64,000 nt of DNA from an uncultured Candidatus Saccharibacteria bacterium (GCA_964481135.1 CAYZSW010000002.1:29283-93282), one strand, 5' to 3'; shown: positions 20,114-29,609, counted from the first letter of the stretch. Numbers and translations are program-made. Notes: generated from the letters alone by a model not told the origin.

Positions 20114-20752
20114 ATGAAACTAAAGGTTAACCCAACCCGTATGGAACTACTGCGCTTAAAACGTCGTCTTAAAATTGCTCAAAAAGGCCACAAACTTTTA
20201 AAAGAAAAACGAGACGGTCTTATGAAAGAATTCATGGAAATAATCAAACTTGCTCAGAAAACAAGAGAGGAAATGGAACAAAAGCTTTCAATTTCATTTA
20301 AAGCATATGTTATTGCAGCTTCAAACACCAACAAGCAAGCACTTAAAACTGCCTCTATTCTTCCATCACAAAAAATTAACCTTAAATTCACTACAAAAAA
20401 TGTTATGAGCGTTCAAATTCCAAAGATCCAAATAGAAAGATCTGGCAATTGGCTTTCTTATGGATTTTACGATACATCTGGTGAACTCGATAGAGCTATT
20501 GAGAATCTACAAGATGTTGTTGAAGTTATGATAAAACTTGCAGAAATTGAAAAAGGATCACAGCTTATGGCGGCAGAAATAGAAAAAACCCGTCGTAGAG
20601 TTAATGCACTTGAACATGTTATGATTCCAAACCTAAAAGAAACCATCAAATATATCCAGATGAAACTTTCTGAACAAGAAAGATCTACGATAACTACAAC
20701 TATGATAGTTAAAGAAATAATCCAGCAACAAGAACAAAATATTTCTAATTGA
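20114..20752 (+). CDS. atpD: V/A-type ATPase subunit D
   Basis: 212 aa; MKLKVNPTRMELLRLKRRLKIAQKGHKLLKEKRDGL, typical D-subunit N-terminus; SD AAGGAAACAT upstream. Confidence 0.9.
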   Translation: MKLKVNPTRMELLRLKRRLKIAQKGHKLLKEKRDGLMKEFMEIIKLAQKTREEMEQKLSISFKAYVIAASNTNKQALKTASILPSQKINLKFTTKNVMSVQIPKIQIERSGNWLSYGFYDTSGELDRAIENLQDVVEVMIKLAEIEKGSQLMAAEIEKTRRRVNALEHVMIPNLKETIKYIQMKLSEQERSTITTTMIVKEIIQQQEQNISN

Positions 20753-20787
20753 CAATCTTTTTAGCTAATTATAAGATAAATACATAC

Positions 20788-20820
20788 ATTGATAAAAAAT
20801 TCACATTAGATAATGTGAAT
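20788..20820 (+). terminator. rho-independent terminator after atpD
   Basis: AATTCACATT-AGAT-AATGTGAATT hairpin followed by TTTAATTTTT. Confidence 0.6.
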
Positions 20821-20849
20821 TTTAATTTTTAGCTCTTTAACAAATTTTT

Positions 20850-22496
20850 ATGAAAGCGAAGGTGAAAATTATGGCAACCACCATATTCGAAGTTCTAGGT
20901 GGACTTATGCTATTTTTGTTTGGAATAAACTTTATGGAAAAAGGCCTAAAAAGTTTTTCACCCCATAAAACAAAGAAAATCCTTAAACTATTCACAAAAA
21001 ATAAAGTTTTTGGAATGTTCACAGGATTAAGTGTCACAGCAATCATCCAAAGTTCTTCCGCAACGACTGTAATGTTAGTTGGACTGGTTAGCGCCGGCAT
21101 GATAGCATTCGAGGCAACTTTGCCAGTGATACTAGGGGCTAATATCGGCACCACAATTACTGCGCAACTAATCGCATTTAAATTAACAAAATATTCCTTG
21201 ATGATTGTTAGTTTTGGTGGTTTATTTTTGATTTTTTTATCAAAAAATGAAAAACTAAAACAATTTGGACAAATTGTGTTTGGATTTGGTATGCTTTTTC
21301 ATGGCTTAAATATTATGGCAAGTTCAATGAAAGCATACGAAAATGCCGAATATGTTAGACAACTCTTTATAAGTTTTGGCCAATATCCAATTTACGCTGT
21401 TCTACTAGGAATAATCGCAACTGTAATGTTTCAGTCAAGCAGTGTTACAATTGGTATTACCATAACGCTTGCATCAACTGGATTTATCCCAATAGAAAGT
21501 GCTGTGCCAATAATTCTAGGTGAAAATATTGGAACCTGCATTACTGCAATACTAGCCAGTATTAATAAAAAGACACCAGCCAAAAGAGTAGCATACTCTC
21601 ATGCGCTCTTTAATACTATTGGCGTAATAATTGCTCTGTGTTTTCTGCAATATTTTGTTAGATTCGCAACTTGGAGCTCAACAAATATTGCCAGACAAAT
21701 TGCTAACACCCACACATTCTTTAATATTTGTATTACATTGCTATTTTTACCTTTTACTGATTATTTTGCATTATTAGTAAAAAAAATATTGCCGGAAAAA
21801 GATTTAGAAGATGATGCGTCAAAACCAAAATATCTAGATGATAATCTTCTAGAAACTCCCTCTCTGGCTATAACTGCCATAACATACGAAATTTCAAGAA
21901 TTCTTGAAATAACACAAACTATGATTGATATTGTATATAAATCGATTGAATCCAAAGACCCCGCAGATCTTGCAAAAATAGAAATAATCGAAGAAAACGC
22001 AGATAATCTACAAAAAACAGTAATTGAGTATTTAGTTAAACTAAATGCCAAAAAACTTGACGAAAACCAAGCAAATATTGCAACTGCTCTTTCTCGCCTG
22101 GTAAATGACGCCGAAAGATCAGCAGACAAAGGATTCAATCTGTCCAAACTCACTCAAAGACTTATTAATAATCAATTAACTTTAAGCGATCAAGCATGTG
22201 ATGAACTAAAAAACATTTACGAAAAAATATCACAAATGGTTGACACTACACAAAAGGCATTTAGAGATTCAGAATACGACCTTACTAAAAAAATATATTT
22301 ACTTGAAAATGAAATAAACTATCTCGTAAGAGAGTATAATGACGCTCATATGACACGACTTTGCTCAGGAATATGTCAACCTGAAGCTGGCTATATTTTC
22401 ACAGAAATCCTCGAACAATTTGAAAAAATTGGCGATGATATGAATAACTTCGCTGATGCCATAAAAGAAAAAATTGCACCACATAACAATCAATAG
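20850..22496 (+). CDS. Na+/phosphate cotransporter (NptA-like) with C-terminal PhoU-like domain
   Basis: Two repeated Na/Pi-cotransporter membrane domains (QSSSATTVMLVGL...; QSSSVTIGITITL...), followed by a soluble helical PhoU-like C-terminal half. Confidence 0.85.
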   Translation: MKAKVKIMATTIFEVLGGLMLFLFGINFMEKGLKSFSPHKTKKILKLFTKNKVFGMFTGLSVTAIIQSSSATTVMLVGLVSAGMIAFEATLPVILGANIGTTITAQLIAFKLTKYSLMIVSFGGLFLIFLSKNEKLKQFGQIVFGFGMLFHGLNIMASSMKAYENAEYVRQLFISFGQYPIYAVLLGIIATVMFQSSSVTIGITITLASTGFIPIESAVPIILGENIGTCITAILASINKKTPAKRVAYSHALFNTIGVIIALCFLQYFVRFATWSSTNIARQIANTHTFFNICITLLFLPFTDYFALLVKKILPEKDLEDDASKPKYLDDNLLETPSLAITAITYEISRILEITQTMIDIVYKSIESKDPADLAKIEIIEENADNLQKTVIEYLVKLNAKKLDENQANIATALSRLVNDAERSADKGFNLSKLTQRLINNQLTLSDQACDELKNIYEKISQMVDTTQKAFRDSEYDLTKKIYLLENEINYLVREYNDAHMTRLCSGICQPEAGYIFTEILEQFEKIGDDMNNFADAIKEKIAPHNNQ

Positions 22497-22519
22497 GTGC
22501 ACATAATCATAAAACTTAA

Positions 22520-22545
22520 AACCGACCCCCGTGGTCGGTTTTTTA
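22520..22545 (+). terminator. rho-independent terminator after the Na/Pi transporter
   Basis: AACCGACC-CCCGT-GGTCGGTT followed by TTTTTT. Confidence 0.7.
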
Positions 22546-22680
22546 CTTCTGCCCCCCCCCTGACACCTCTGACACTTTTGACACCTTTGATACTTTATTT
22601 TTAACACTTTATTTTTGACACCTCTGACACCTCTGATACTTTATTTTTGATACTTCTGACACTTTATTCCTACGGTTTTT
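22546..22680. repeat. degenerate tandem repeat array (units about 9-15 bp: CTGACACCT / TGACACTTTATTTTT / TGATACTTTATTTTT)
   Basis: Read directly: CCCCCCCCCTGACACCTCTGACACTTTTGACACCTTTGATACTTTATTTTTAACACTTTATTTTTGACACCTCTGACACCTCTGATACTTTATTTTTGATACTTCTGACACTTTATTCC, between convergent genes. Confidence 0.8.
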
Positions 22681-23605
22681 CCAAAGTAACATTAATAACA
22701 CCCGTACCAAGAGAAGCTAATTGACCGAATGCATCTGCCGATAAATCAATAATTGCACCTGATTTAATTCCTCTGTCTACAATTTTCACTCTAACACTTT
22801 TGCCATTGCTGGCTCTCACTATAACCTCAGAACCCATGGGCAAAGTATTATGTGCTGCAGTATTACCAGAAATTTGCCTATACCATGTGGCTCTACCAGT
22901 TCCAAGTATTGTAATTTTTGTTCCCTCTAAAATTACTCTATCTTCCACTTCTCTAATAATTTCTGTACTAACCAATTTTCTAGAAATCTCAATACCATTT
23001 TCTCTAGTAATATTATATATTAATTTTTTTTTACCTTTTCTGCCAGTTTGTGATATTTTTGTTACTCCCCTTTCAAGGTTTGGGTCCTTTTTTGTAACTG
23101 TTTTATAATCAATATCTTCGTATTCAAAATCACTACCAGATAAAACTCGTGTAATTTTTATTTCCATATCAAAACTTAAATTCTGATCCAAATTCACACT
23201 TATCTTGTCTTTATCCCCTACCTCAATTCCCACTTCCTCAAATAATTCAGAAACTTTAGCTTTCCAAGTTCGATAAACCTGTTCTTTTCTAGCATCAATA
23301 ACTTTTACAGGTGTTGCTCTAGTAATGGTTAAAATAGAACCCAATCCAAATTTCGGATCTGGAAACACCTCTACCCTATCCTCTGTAAAAACTTCTACAT
23401 CTAAACTTTCTATCATCTCATTTAAACTAAAAAGTCCGCTCGGTGTAAAGTAAGTTTCTTCTAAATAATCTATTTCACCTATTGTTACAACTTTTTTATT
23501 AGCATTGTCAGATATTGATAAGTTTTGATTTTGGCCAGTAACCCTTTTAGAACATATCACAAAACTGACAACTAAAATTGAAATTATAATTATAATTTTC
23601 TTCAT
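22670..23605 (-). CDS. secreted cell-wall protein with G5 domain and RlpA-like double-psi beta-barrel (YabE/3D-domain-like)
   Basis: Signal peptide MKKIIIIISILVVSFVICS; G5-like VTKISQTGRKGKKKLIYNITRENGIEISRKLVSTEIIREVEDRVILEGTK; C-terminal ATWYRQISGNTAAHNTLPMGSEVIVRASNGKSVRVKIVDRG...IDLSADAFGQL (DPBB). Confidence 0.7.
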   Translation of the reverse strand: MKKIIIIISILVVSFVICSKRVTGQNQNLSISDNANKKVVTIGEIDYLEETYFTPSGLFSLNEMIESLDVEVFTEDRVEVFPDPKFGLGSILTITRATPVKVIDARKEQVYRTWKAKVSELFEEVGIEVGDKDKISVNLDQNLSFDMEIKITRVLSGSDFEYEDIDYKTVTKKDPNLERGVTKISQTGRKGKKKLIYNITRENGIEISRKLVSTEIIREVEDRVILEGTKITILGTGRATWYRQISGNTAAHNTLPMGSEVIVRASNGKSVRVKIVDRGIKSGAIIDLSADAFGQLASLGTGVINVTLEKP

Positions 23606-23929
23606 CTTTTTTGATTATATTAAAGCCACAAAGTGTGTCAATTGTTGATAAGTTCTTGTTTAGTCAAAACAAAAATGCTTGCCCAGTAGTGAACCATAGG
23701 TTCTACTACTGGGGTGAATAACTCTGCCTAACCATAAATAATAATCATACTCGCTCCGTACATGAAAGTTCTGTAATAACGCTATGTAATAAATTACAGA
23801 AATGATTTGCGCTGAGGTTAATAAATTTATTTTTATTACACACTACTAAACTATCAACTAATCGATCAAATTATTGACATACAACGTAATTTTAATATAT
23901 AATAATTAATAATTAAAAAAGTTCCTTAA

Positions 23930-23957
23930 AAAGCCGGTGGCTTTTTTAAGATTATCC
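23930..23957. terminator. orphan bidirectional intrinsic-terminator-like hairpin in a 530-bp ORF-free divergent region
   Basis: AAAAGCC-GGT-GGCTTTT flanked by A-run and T-run. A TTGACA-(17-19 nt)-TATAAT promoter-like pair lies at 23876-23908 on the + strand, so a ~45-50-nt sRNA is conceivable. Confidence 0.35.
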
Positions 23958-24134
23958 TAGATGAAAGGAGGGTAGTTTTTCCCAAAAACCAAAGGACTCA
24001 AGCACAAGCAACAAAGGAACATGTGCGCGAGTCCTTTTTAAATTACCAAACTCTTGATTTAATCTAATTCATTTGCTACACTAACTACTTGCTTTATTAT
24101 ATAGCAAATTAACATATTAAAAGGAGGTGAAACA

Positions 24135-24308
24135 ATGATTTTAAGATATAACAAGCACTTAGAAGAAATTCGAGTGTTTTTGTCGAATCTTTCAGAAAAA
24201 CAAAAAAAAGAAAAGAAAGATTTGGCAAAAAAAGAAAAGCATGATCGGTCGGATTATTCAGATCATATCGACCGCATGACAGGTCCTAGATCTGTCGAAA
24301 GATTTTAA
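24135..24308 (+). CDS. small Lys/Glu-rich protein (57 aa), hypothetical; missed by the ORF track (<60 aa)
   Basis: Perfect SD AAGGAGGTGA 5 nt upstream of ATG; MILRYNKHLEEIRVFLSNLSEKQKKEKKDLAKKEKHDRSDYSDHIDRMTGPRSVERF; followed 15 nt later by a strong terminator. Candidate promoter TTGCTA-17-ATTATA at about 24084-24112. Confidence 0.55.
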   Translation: MILRYNKHLEEIRVFLSNLSEKQKKEKKDLAKKEKHDRSDYSDHIDRMTGPRSVERF

Positions 24309-24322
24309 ACTAAACATCACAA

Positions 24323-24357
24323 ACCGCGTGAGTACGATTCACGCGGTCTTTTTTTTA
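24323..24357 (+). terminator. rho-independent terminator of the small ORF
   Basis: ACCGCGTGA-GTACGAT-TCACGCGGT perfect 9-bp stem followed by CTTTTTTTTT. Confidence 0.8.
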
Positions 24358-24499
24358 CCCAAAATCAGTATTTTTAAAAAAGAAAAATTAGATTCTTCGA
24401 CTACGCTCAGAATGACACTAAAATATAACATCATTATATCTAAATCTTTAGATTTGAGTTATAGTTATTAGTTTTAAGTTTTAAGATTTTAGTTTTAAA

Positions 24500-27400
24500 C
24501 TATTTACTTGTCTGAGTTTTCTTTAAATATTCCATCACTTCTTGATATTTTTCATCCGTTATCTTTTGATATTCCTTAAGTATCTCAAGCACATCAGTTA
24601 ATTTTAAAAGTGATGTAAGCTTATATCCTTTTTTCGCCAAATTCTTACCCCCTCCCTGTTCTCTATCTAATACTACAACTACATCTTTAACCTTCATCCC
24701 AGCTTTTTTCATTGGCTCAATATTCTCAAACTTACTTCCACCATCTGTAATCATATCATCAATAATAATACATCTATCGCCTTTTTTATAAACTCCTTCT
24801 ATTTTTCTACCCGTACCATAAGATTTAGTTTCTCGTCTGGCATAAATCATTGGTTTATTTAAAATCCTTGACATATGAACTGTAATTGGAAGTGCTGTAT
24901 ATGGAACACCTGCCATAATATCAAACTTAATATTTTTTACTAGATTTGTCATTTCTTTGGCAATTTGTTCCATTAAATCTGGGTAAGAAACTAGCGGTCT
25001 TAAATCAATGTAAATTGGTGATTTAAGTCCTGACTTTAAAGTAAAATTACCAAATTTAATTGCTTCTTTGCTAAATAAATCTAGTACTAATTTTGCGGTT
25101 TTATGTTTATTAATTTCATCACGCAATTGTTTGGTTTTTATTCTAGAAGCTTGGGCAAAATCTTTGCCACTTGATGCATAAATAATACCACGAGCAGAAT
25201 TTATTATCATTCCAAAACCTTCGGAATTCATTCCATTTTGTACCACTTCTGCCACAGATCCACCCTGCTTACCAACTCCTGGAACTAAGAATTCCATATC
25301 TGGTGCTGCTTGACGAATTTCAGCTAACTCCTCTGGATATGTTGCGCCTGCTACCATTAAAAGATTGCCATTAGTATTCCACTGGTCTCTTACTTTTTCG
25401 AGCATGTGCATATAAACCGGTTTACCATTTACATCTTTTATATCTTGAATATCACGCGCACCAGGATTTGATGAACGAACCACCACTATAACACCTTTAT
25501 CCTTATACTTAGCAAACGGTTCAATACAATCATGCCCCATATAACCATTTACAGTTGAAGCATCAAAACCGAATGTTTCAAAAATCGCCTTAGCATATGC
25601 CTCATTAGTATTGCCAATATCACCCCTTTTAGCATCAACAATAATTGGTACACCTTTTTTGTGAGCATATTCCACTGTTTTTTTCAGAGCATCTAAAGTT
25701 TCATCTGCCTCATAAAAAGCAAAATTTGGTTTATAGGCACATACTAAATCAGCTGTGGCATCAATAACAGCTTTATTAAATTGATACACTCCTTGTGAAT
25801 TTTTAGCTAACCCTTCTGGTAATTTACTAATTGATGTGTCGAGCCCCACACAAACCATTGAATTATTCTCTCTTTGTTTTTTCCTAAGCATTTCTAAAAA
25901 TGTCATATTTTTCCTTTCTTCCCCCCTGCCCGCCATCGCAAGCCTAACTTGCTCGCTTACACACCTACGAGGTGAAAGAAGTTCCACTCCTCGTAGGTGG
26001 TTTACGATTATATTTGTATTTAATTCTAATGTTCCTCTTAATTTATTAATATCATCAATATTATTATTGTGTAAATATTCTTCTATTCCTTTAACAATTT
26101 CTTGCGTAATCTTTGGGTTCAAATAATTAGCAGTTCCAACAGATACTGCAGTTGCTCCAGCCACAATAAACTCTAAAGCATCTTGCGCATTTGATATTCC
26201 ACCCATGGCAATAATTGGTATTTTTACTGCTTGATAAACCTGATGAACCATTCTTAATGCCACCGGTTTTACAGCTGGACCCGATAATCCCCCGGTATTA
26301 TTGGTTAAAATCGGTTTTCTCTGATCCAGATTAATTGCCATTCCCATTAAAGTATTAATAAGTGATACAACATCAGCACCACCATCTTCTGCTGCCTTTG
26401 CACAGGCCTTAATATCTGTCACATTAGGAGAAAGTTTCACAATAATTGGTTTATTTGTTACTTGCCGAATTTTTTGAGTCACGAGTTTAATCTCGTATGG
26501 ATCAGTTCCAATTGCCATACCAGTATGCACATTTGGACAGGAAAAATTCAATTCCAAATAATCAATTTTTTTTTCTTTATCTAGTATCTTTGCAAGTTGA
26601 ATATATTCTTTTGAATCTTTACCGGCAATCGATATAATAAGCGGTAAAAAAACCTTATTCACACCTACGAGGTGTGAACTTCTTTCACCTCGTAGATGAA
26701 TAAGTTTTGGCAATTCATTTTTAATAAAATCTTTTACCCCAGAATTTTTGAGCCCTACAGCATTTAGCATTCCACCTTCAACTTTTATCATTGTCGGCGG
26801 CTTATGTCCCTCTCGAGGTTCAAGCGTAATAGTTTTGCAAGTTAAGGCGCCAAGTTTTTTTTCATTAAGATTTTTCGAACTTGGCCAATCTACTCCATAA
26901 GTACCCGATGCAGTGGTTACCGGATTTTGCCAAGTTATCCCCGCAATCTCAACTGATAAATTTGGTTTATTTTTCATTATAAATTTAACTTCCTTGCCTT
27001 TTACCTTATCAAAAATTCTACCTCTGTCAAATACAACATTTCCATTTACGATTGTCATGATTGGCCAACCCTTTAATTTTTTGTCAACGAATGGACTCCA
27101 CCCGCATTTTGTATAAAGTTTTTGATTATTTACTTTTTTAATTAAATTCAAATCAATTATTGTTAAATCAGCATCATTTCCAATTTTTACTTCACCCTTA
27201 TTTTTAATCCCAAATATTTTCACAGAATTTTTACAAATTAAATCAATAATTTTATTTAATGATATTTTCTTTTTGTTATAAGCATCTAATAAAAGTGGCA
27301 ACATTGTTTCTACGCCAGGAACTCCAAAAGGACTGTCATCTTTTGTTTTTTCTTCCCTGGTATGAGGCGCGTGATCTGTTCCAATTGTATCAACTATCCC

Positions 27401-28183
27401 CTCATCAATCGCCTGCCAAAGCGCTTTTTGATCCTCTTTTGTTTTAAGTGACGGTTTCATCTTCACAAAATTATTTTCATCTTTTTGAGTTAAAAATAAA
27501 TGGTGCGGTGTTACTTCTACAAATAATTTGCCTGCTTTACGCAACCTTTGTGCAATAGAATTATTTCTAATGTAATCTATCTCGTTTTTTGATGAAATAT
27601 GACATAAATATAAGCAAGTTCCTGTTATTTTAGTTAAGTTGATTGCTTTTTTCACCATCTCACCTTCTGCATGCACAGCTACCATTCTAGAATTTTTCCA
27701 AATTTCTAGTAAAGTATAATCATCTTCAATCATCATTTTTCCGGTTGAAAGATTCATGAAAACTTTAGTTGCAGCAACATTTTTAACTGTTTGAATTGCA
27801 TCAATATTATCCATGCTCGAACCAAAATAAAATCCATAGTTTACCAAACTTTTTTCCGATGATATTTTTCGCTTATTTTTTAGGTCATCTAATAATAACA
27901 TTGGTGGATTATTATTGGGCATATCAAGCACTGTTGTAATTCCTCCTGTAACTGCAGCTTTTGAACCGCTTTGCCAATCCTCTTTATAACTATCCAAAAA
28001 ATCGCGAAAATGAACATGCGAGTCAATAATTCCTGGTAAAATAACCTTGCCATTTAAATTAATAGTTCTATTTGCATAAGATAATTTTTTATTTATATCA
28101 AAAATTTTTCCATCTTTAATTTGGATGTTTATTTTTTTTAGCCCCTCCATCCAAACATAACCTCCCACTAGATTGGTTTTCAT
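24500..28183 (-). CDS. four-domain pyrimidine-biosynthesis fusion protein: dihydroorotase (PyrC) - dihydroorotate dehydrogenase (PyrD) - OMP decarboxylase (PyrF) - orotate phosphoribosyltransferase (PyrE)
   Basis: 1227 aa. aa ~40-400: DHOase (GIIDSHVHFRD...TDHAPH). aa ~410-720: DHODH (VEIAGITWQNPVTTASGTYG, NFSCPNV, GGISNAQDALEFIVAGATAVSVGTA). aa ~770-990: OMPdecase (MVCVGLDTS, KPNFAFYEA, VDAKRGDIGNT). aa ~1000-1227: OPRTase (FKSGLKSPIYIDLR, IIDDMITDGGS). Start ATG overlaps the pyrI stop (ATGA). Two palindromic-element insertions in frame (25915-26000; 26654-26704). Confidence 0.9.
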   Translation of the reverse strand: MKTNLVGGYVWMEGLKKINIQIKDGKIFDINKKLSYANRTINLNGKVILPGIIDSHVHFRDFLDSYKEDWQSGSKAAVTGGITTVLDMPNNNPPMLLLDDLKNKRKISSEKSLVNYGFYFGSSMDNIDAIQTVKNVAATKVFMNLSTGKMMIEDDYTLLEIWKNSRMVAVHAEGEMVKKAINLTKITGTCLYLCHISSKNEIDYIRNNSIAQRLRKAGKLFVEVTPHHLFLTQKDENNFVKMKPSLKTKEDQKALWQAIDEGIVDTIGTDHAPHTREEKTKDDSPFGVPGVETMLPLLLDAYNKKKISLNKIIDLICKNSVKIFGIKNKGEVKIGNDADLTIIDLNLIKKVNNQKLYTKCGWSPFVDKKLKGWPIMTIVNGNVVFDRGRIFDKVKGKEVKFIMKNKPNLSVEIAGITWQNPVTTASGTYGVDWPSSKNLNEKKLGALTCKTITLEPREGHKPPTMIKVEGGMLNAVGLKNSGVKDFIKNELPKLIHLRGERSSHLVGVNKVFLPLIISIAGKDSKEYIQLAKILDKEKKIDYLELNFSCPNVHTGMAIGTDPYEIKLVTQKIRQVTNKPIIVKLSPNVTDIKACAKAAEDGGADVVSLINTLMGMAINLDQRKPILTNNTGGLSGPAVKPVALRMVHQVYQAVKIPIIAMGGISNAQDALEFIVAGATAVSVGTANYLNPKITQEIVKGIEEYLHNNNIDDINKLRGTLELNTNIIVNHLRGVELLSPRRCVSEQVRLAMAGRGEERKNMTFLEMLRKKQRENNSMVCVGLDTSISKLPEGLAKNSQGVYQFNKAVIDATADLVCAYKPNFAFYEADETLDALKKTVEYAHKKGVPIIVDAKRGDIGNTNEAYAKAIFETFGFDASTVNGYMGHDCIEPFAKYKDKGVIVVVRSSNPGARDIQDIKDVNGKPVYMHMLEKVRDQWNTNGNLLMVAGATYPEELAEIRQAAPDMEFLVPGVGKQGGSVAEVVQNGMNSEGFGMIINSARGIIYASSGKDFAQASRIKTKQLRDEINKHKTAKLVLDLFSKEAIKFGNFTLKSGLKSPIYIDLRPLVSYPDLMEQIAKEMTNLVKNIKFDIMAGVPYTALPITVHMSRILNKPMIYARRETKSYGTGRKIEGVYKKGDRCIIIDDMITDGGSKFENIEPMKKAGMKVKDVVVVLDREQGGGKNLAKKGYKLTSLLKLTDVLEILKEYQKITDEKYQEVMEYLKKTQTSK
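25915..26000. repeat. GC-rich palindromic element E2, in frame inside the fusion CDS (PyrD-PyrF linker)
   Basis: CCCCCCTGCCCGCCATCGCAAGC-CTAA-CTTGC...CACCTACGAGG-(16 nt)-CCTCGTAGGTG (11-bp perfect IR). Encodes HLRGVELLSPRRCVSEQVRLAMAGRGEE. The left module is repeated at 44715; the IR module at 26654. Confidence 0.7.
26654..26704. repeat. 51-bp palindromic element E3, in frame inside the PyrD domain
   Basis: CTTATTCA-CACCTACGAGGTG-TGAACTTCTTT-CACCTCGTAG-A-TGAATAAG; arms about 20 bp; 51 bp = 17 codons (…HLRGERSSHLVGVNK…). Confidence 0.7.
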
Positions 28184-28647
28184 AAATAATTAATATCCTT
28201 TTCAACAAATTCTCTTTCACAAAAATGACATTTTATTGTTAAAGGTTTTTTTTCAATAACATAAAACTTTGATACGAGCGTATGTGGTTCTAAATAAGAT
28301 ATACATTTTGGATTAGGACATTTAATAATTCCTAAAAGTTCGTTTTGAAGCTTTAAATTATATTTTTTAATTACTTTAGAATTCTTAACAATATTTATTG
28401 TTGAATCAGGAACAAGAAGTGCTATTCTATTTAATTCATTCTGAGTAAATATCTTCTTATCAACTTTAATAATATCTTTTCTCCCTAATTTTTTTGAACT
28501 AAAATTAACACCTAGCATTATTTTTTCACCATTAGGTAAATTAAGTAAATCCAAAATTTTTAATGACTTCCCGGCAGGAATATGATCTATTACAGTACCA
28601 CTTTCAATTGGAGAAACTGCAAGTAAATTTTTTGATGTTTTTTTCAT
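28180..28647 (-). CDS. pyrI: aspartate carbamoyltransferase regulatory subunit PyrI
   Basis: Zn domain CPNPKCISY...CHFCEREF. I prefer the ATG at 28645-28647 (MKKTSKN), which overlaps the pyrB stop as ATGA; the ORF track's longer start is at 28671. Confidence 0.85.
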   Translation of the reverse strand: MKKTSKNLLAVSPIESGTVIDHIPAGKSLKILDLLNLPNGEKIMLGVNFSSKKLGRKDIIKVDKKIFTQNELNRIALLVPDSTINIVKNSKVIKKYNLKLQNELLGIIKCPNPKCISYLEPHTLVSKFYVIEKKPLTIKCHFCEREFVEKDINYL

Positions 28648-29585
28648 TTTACTACCCCCATCGTAAGGCATAAAAGCGCCTTTCTTACTGGTATTCCATT
28701 GGCTGCTTGTCGAAAATAAACAGCATGTTTTGTTTTATCAACATCAGTACTGATTTCATTAACTCGAGGCAAAGGATGCATAATTTTTAAATTTTGATTT
28801 GCATTTTCTAAAAGTTTTTTATCCAATACAAATATTCCCTTATATTTTTCATATTCAGCTTCATCGGGAAATCTTTCTTTCTGAATACGAGTCATATAAA
28901 GCACATTTAACTTAGGAATAAATTTACTCAACTGCTCTGTCTGGTAAAATTTAAGATTTTTCTGTTTTACTAATTTTTTGTATGTTTGAGGAATAGATAA
29001 GGCATCTGGTGCAATAAAATAAAAGGTTGTTTTAAAATGCGACATAGCTCTTACTAACGAATGTGTAGTTCTGCCATATTTTAAATCACCAGCCAATCCA
29101 ATATGTAAATTTTCAAGCGTTCCTAGTTCTTTTTTGATGGTATACAAATCAAGCATTGTTTGAGTTGGATGTTCGTTAGATCCATCTCCTGAATTTAAAA
29201 AAGGTTTATCTGTAGATTCTGCAGCCAACCTTGCTGAACCCTCTATAAAATGCCTCATCACAATAACATCCGCATAGGATTCTACCATTTTTATAGTATC
29301 AAACACACTTTCCCCTTTGGATGCAGAACTTGATTTTGCAGATGAAAATCCATTTACAAGCCCGCCTAATTGTTTCATGGCTGAATGGAAAGACAACCTA
29401 GTTCTAGTAGATGATTCATAAAACATTGATGCCATAATTTTATTTTTTAAATATTGTTTATGTTTTTTTCCATCAAATTTTTTAGCAGTGTCTAAAACAT
29501 GTAATATTTCCTGCTTAGAAAAATCATTAATCGATACAATATCTTTTTTCGTCCATCGAAATGATTTTTTTGATCTAGTTTTCAT
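28644..29585 (-). CDS. pyrB: aspartate carbamoyltransferase catalytic subunit PyrB
   Basis: STRTRLSF carbamoyl-P motif, HPLPR, 313 aa; directly coupled to pyrI. Confidence 0.9.
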   Translation of the reverse strand: MKTRSKKSFRWTKKDIVSINDFSKQEILHVLDTAKKFDGKKHKQYLKNKIMASMFYESSTRTRLSFHSAMKQLGGLVNGFSSAKSSSASKGESVFDTIKMVESYADVIVMRHFIEGSARLAAESTDKPFLNSGDGSNEHPTQTMLDLYTIKKELGTLENLHIGLAGDLKYGRTTHSLVRAMSHFKTTFYFIAPDALSIPQTYKKLVKQKNLKFYQTEQLSKFIPKLNVLYMTRIQKERFPDEAEYEKYKGIFVLDKKLLENANQNLKIMHPLPRVNEISTDVDKTKHAVYFRQAANGIPVRKALLCLTMGVVK

Positions 29586-29609
29586 TTTTTCTCCTAGATA
29601 ATATTTATT

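Noticed and set aside
22546-22680. CRISPR array
   Set aside because: Units are 9-15 bp, degenerate and contiguous with no unique spacers; no cas genes are present.
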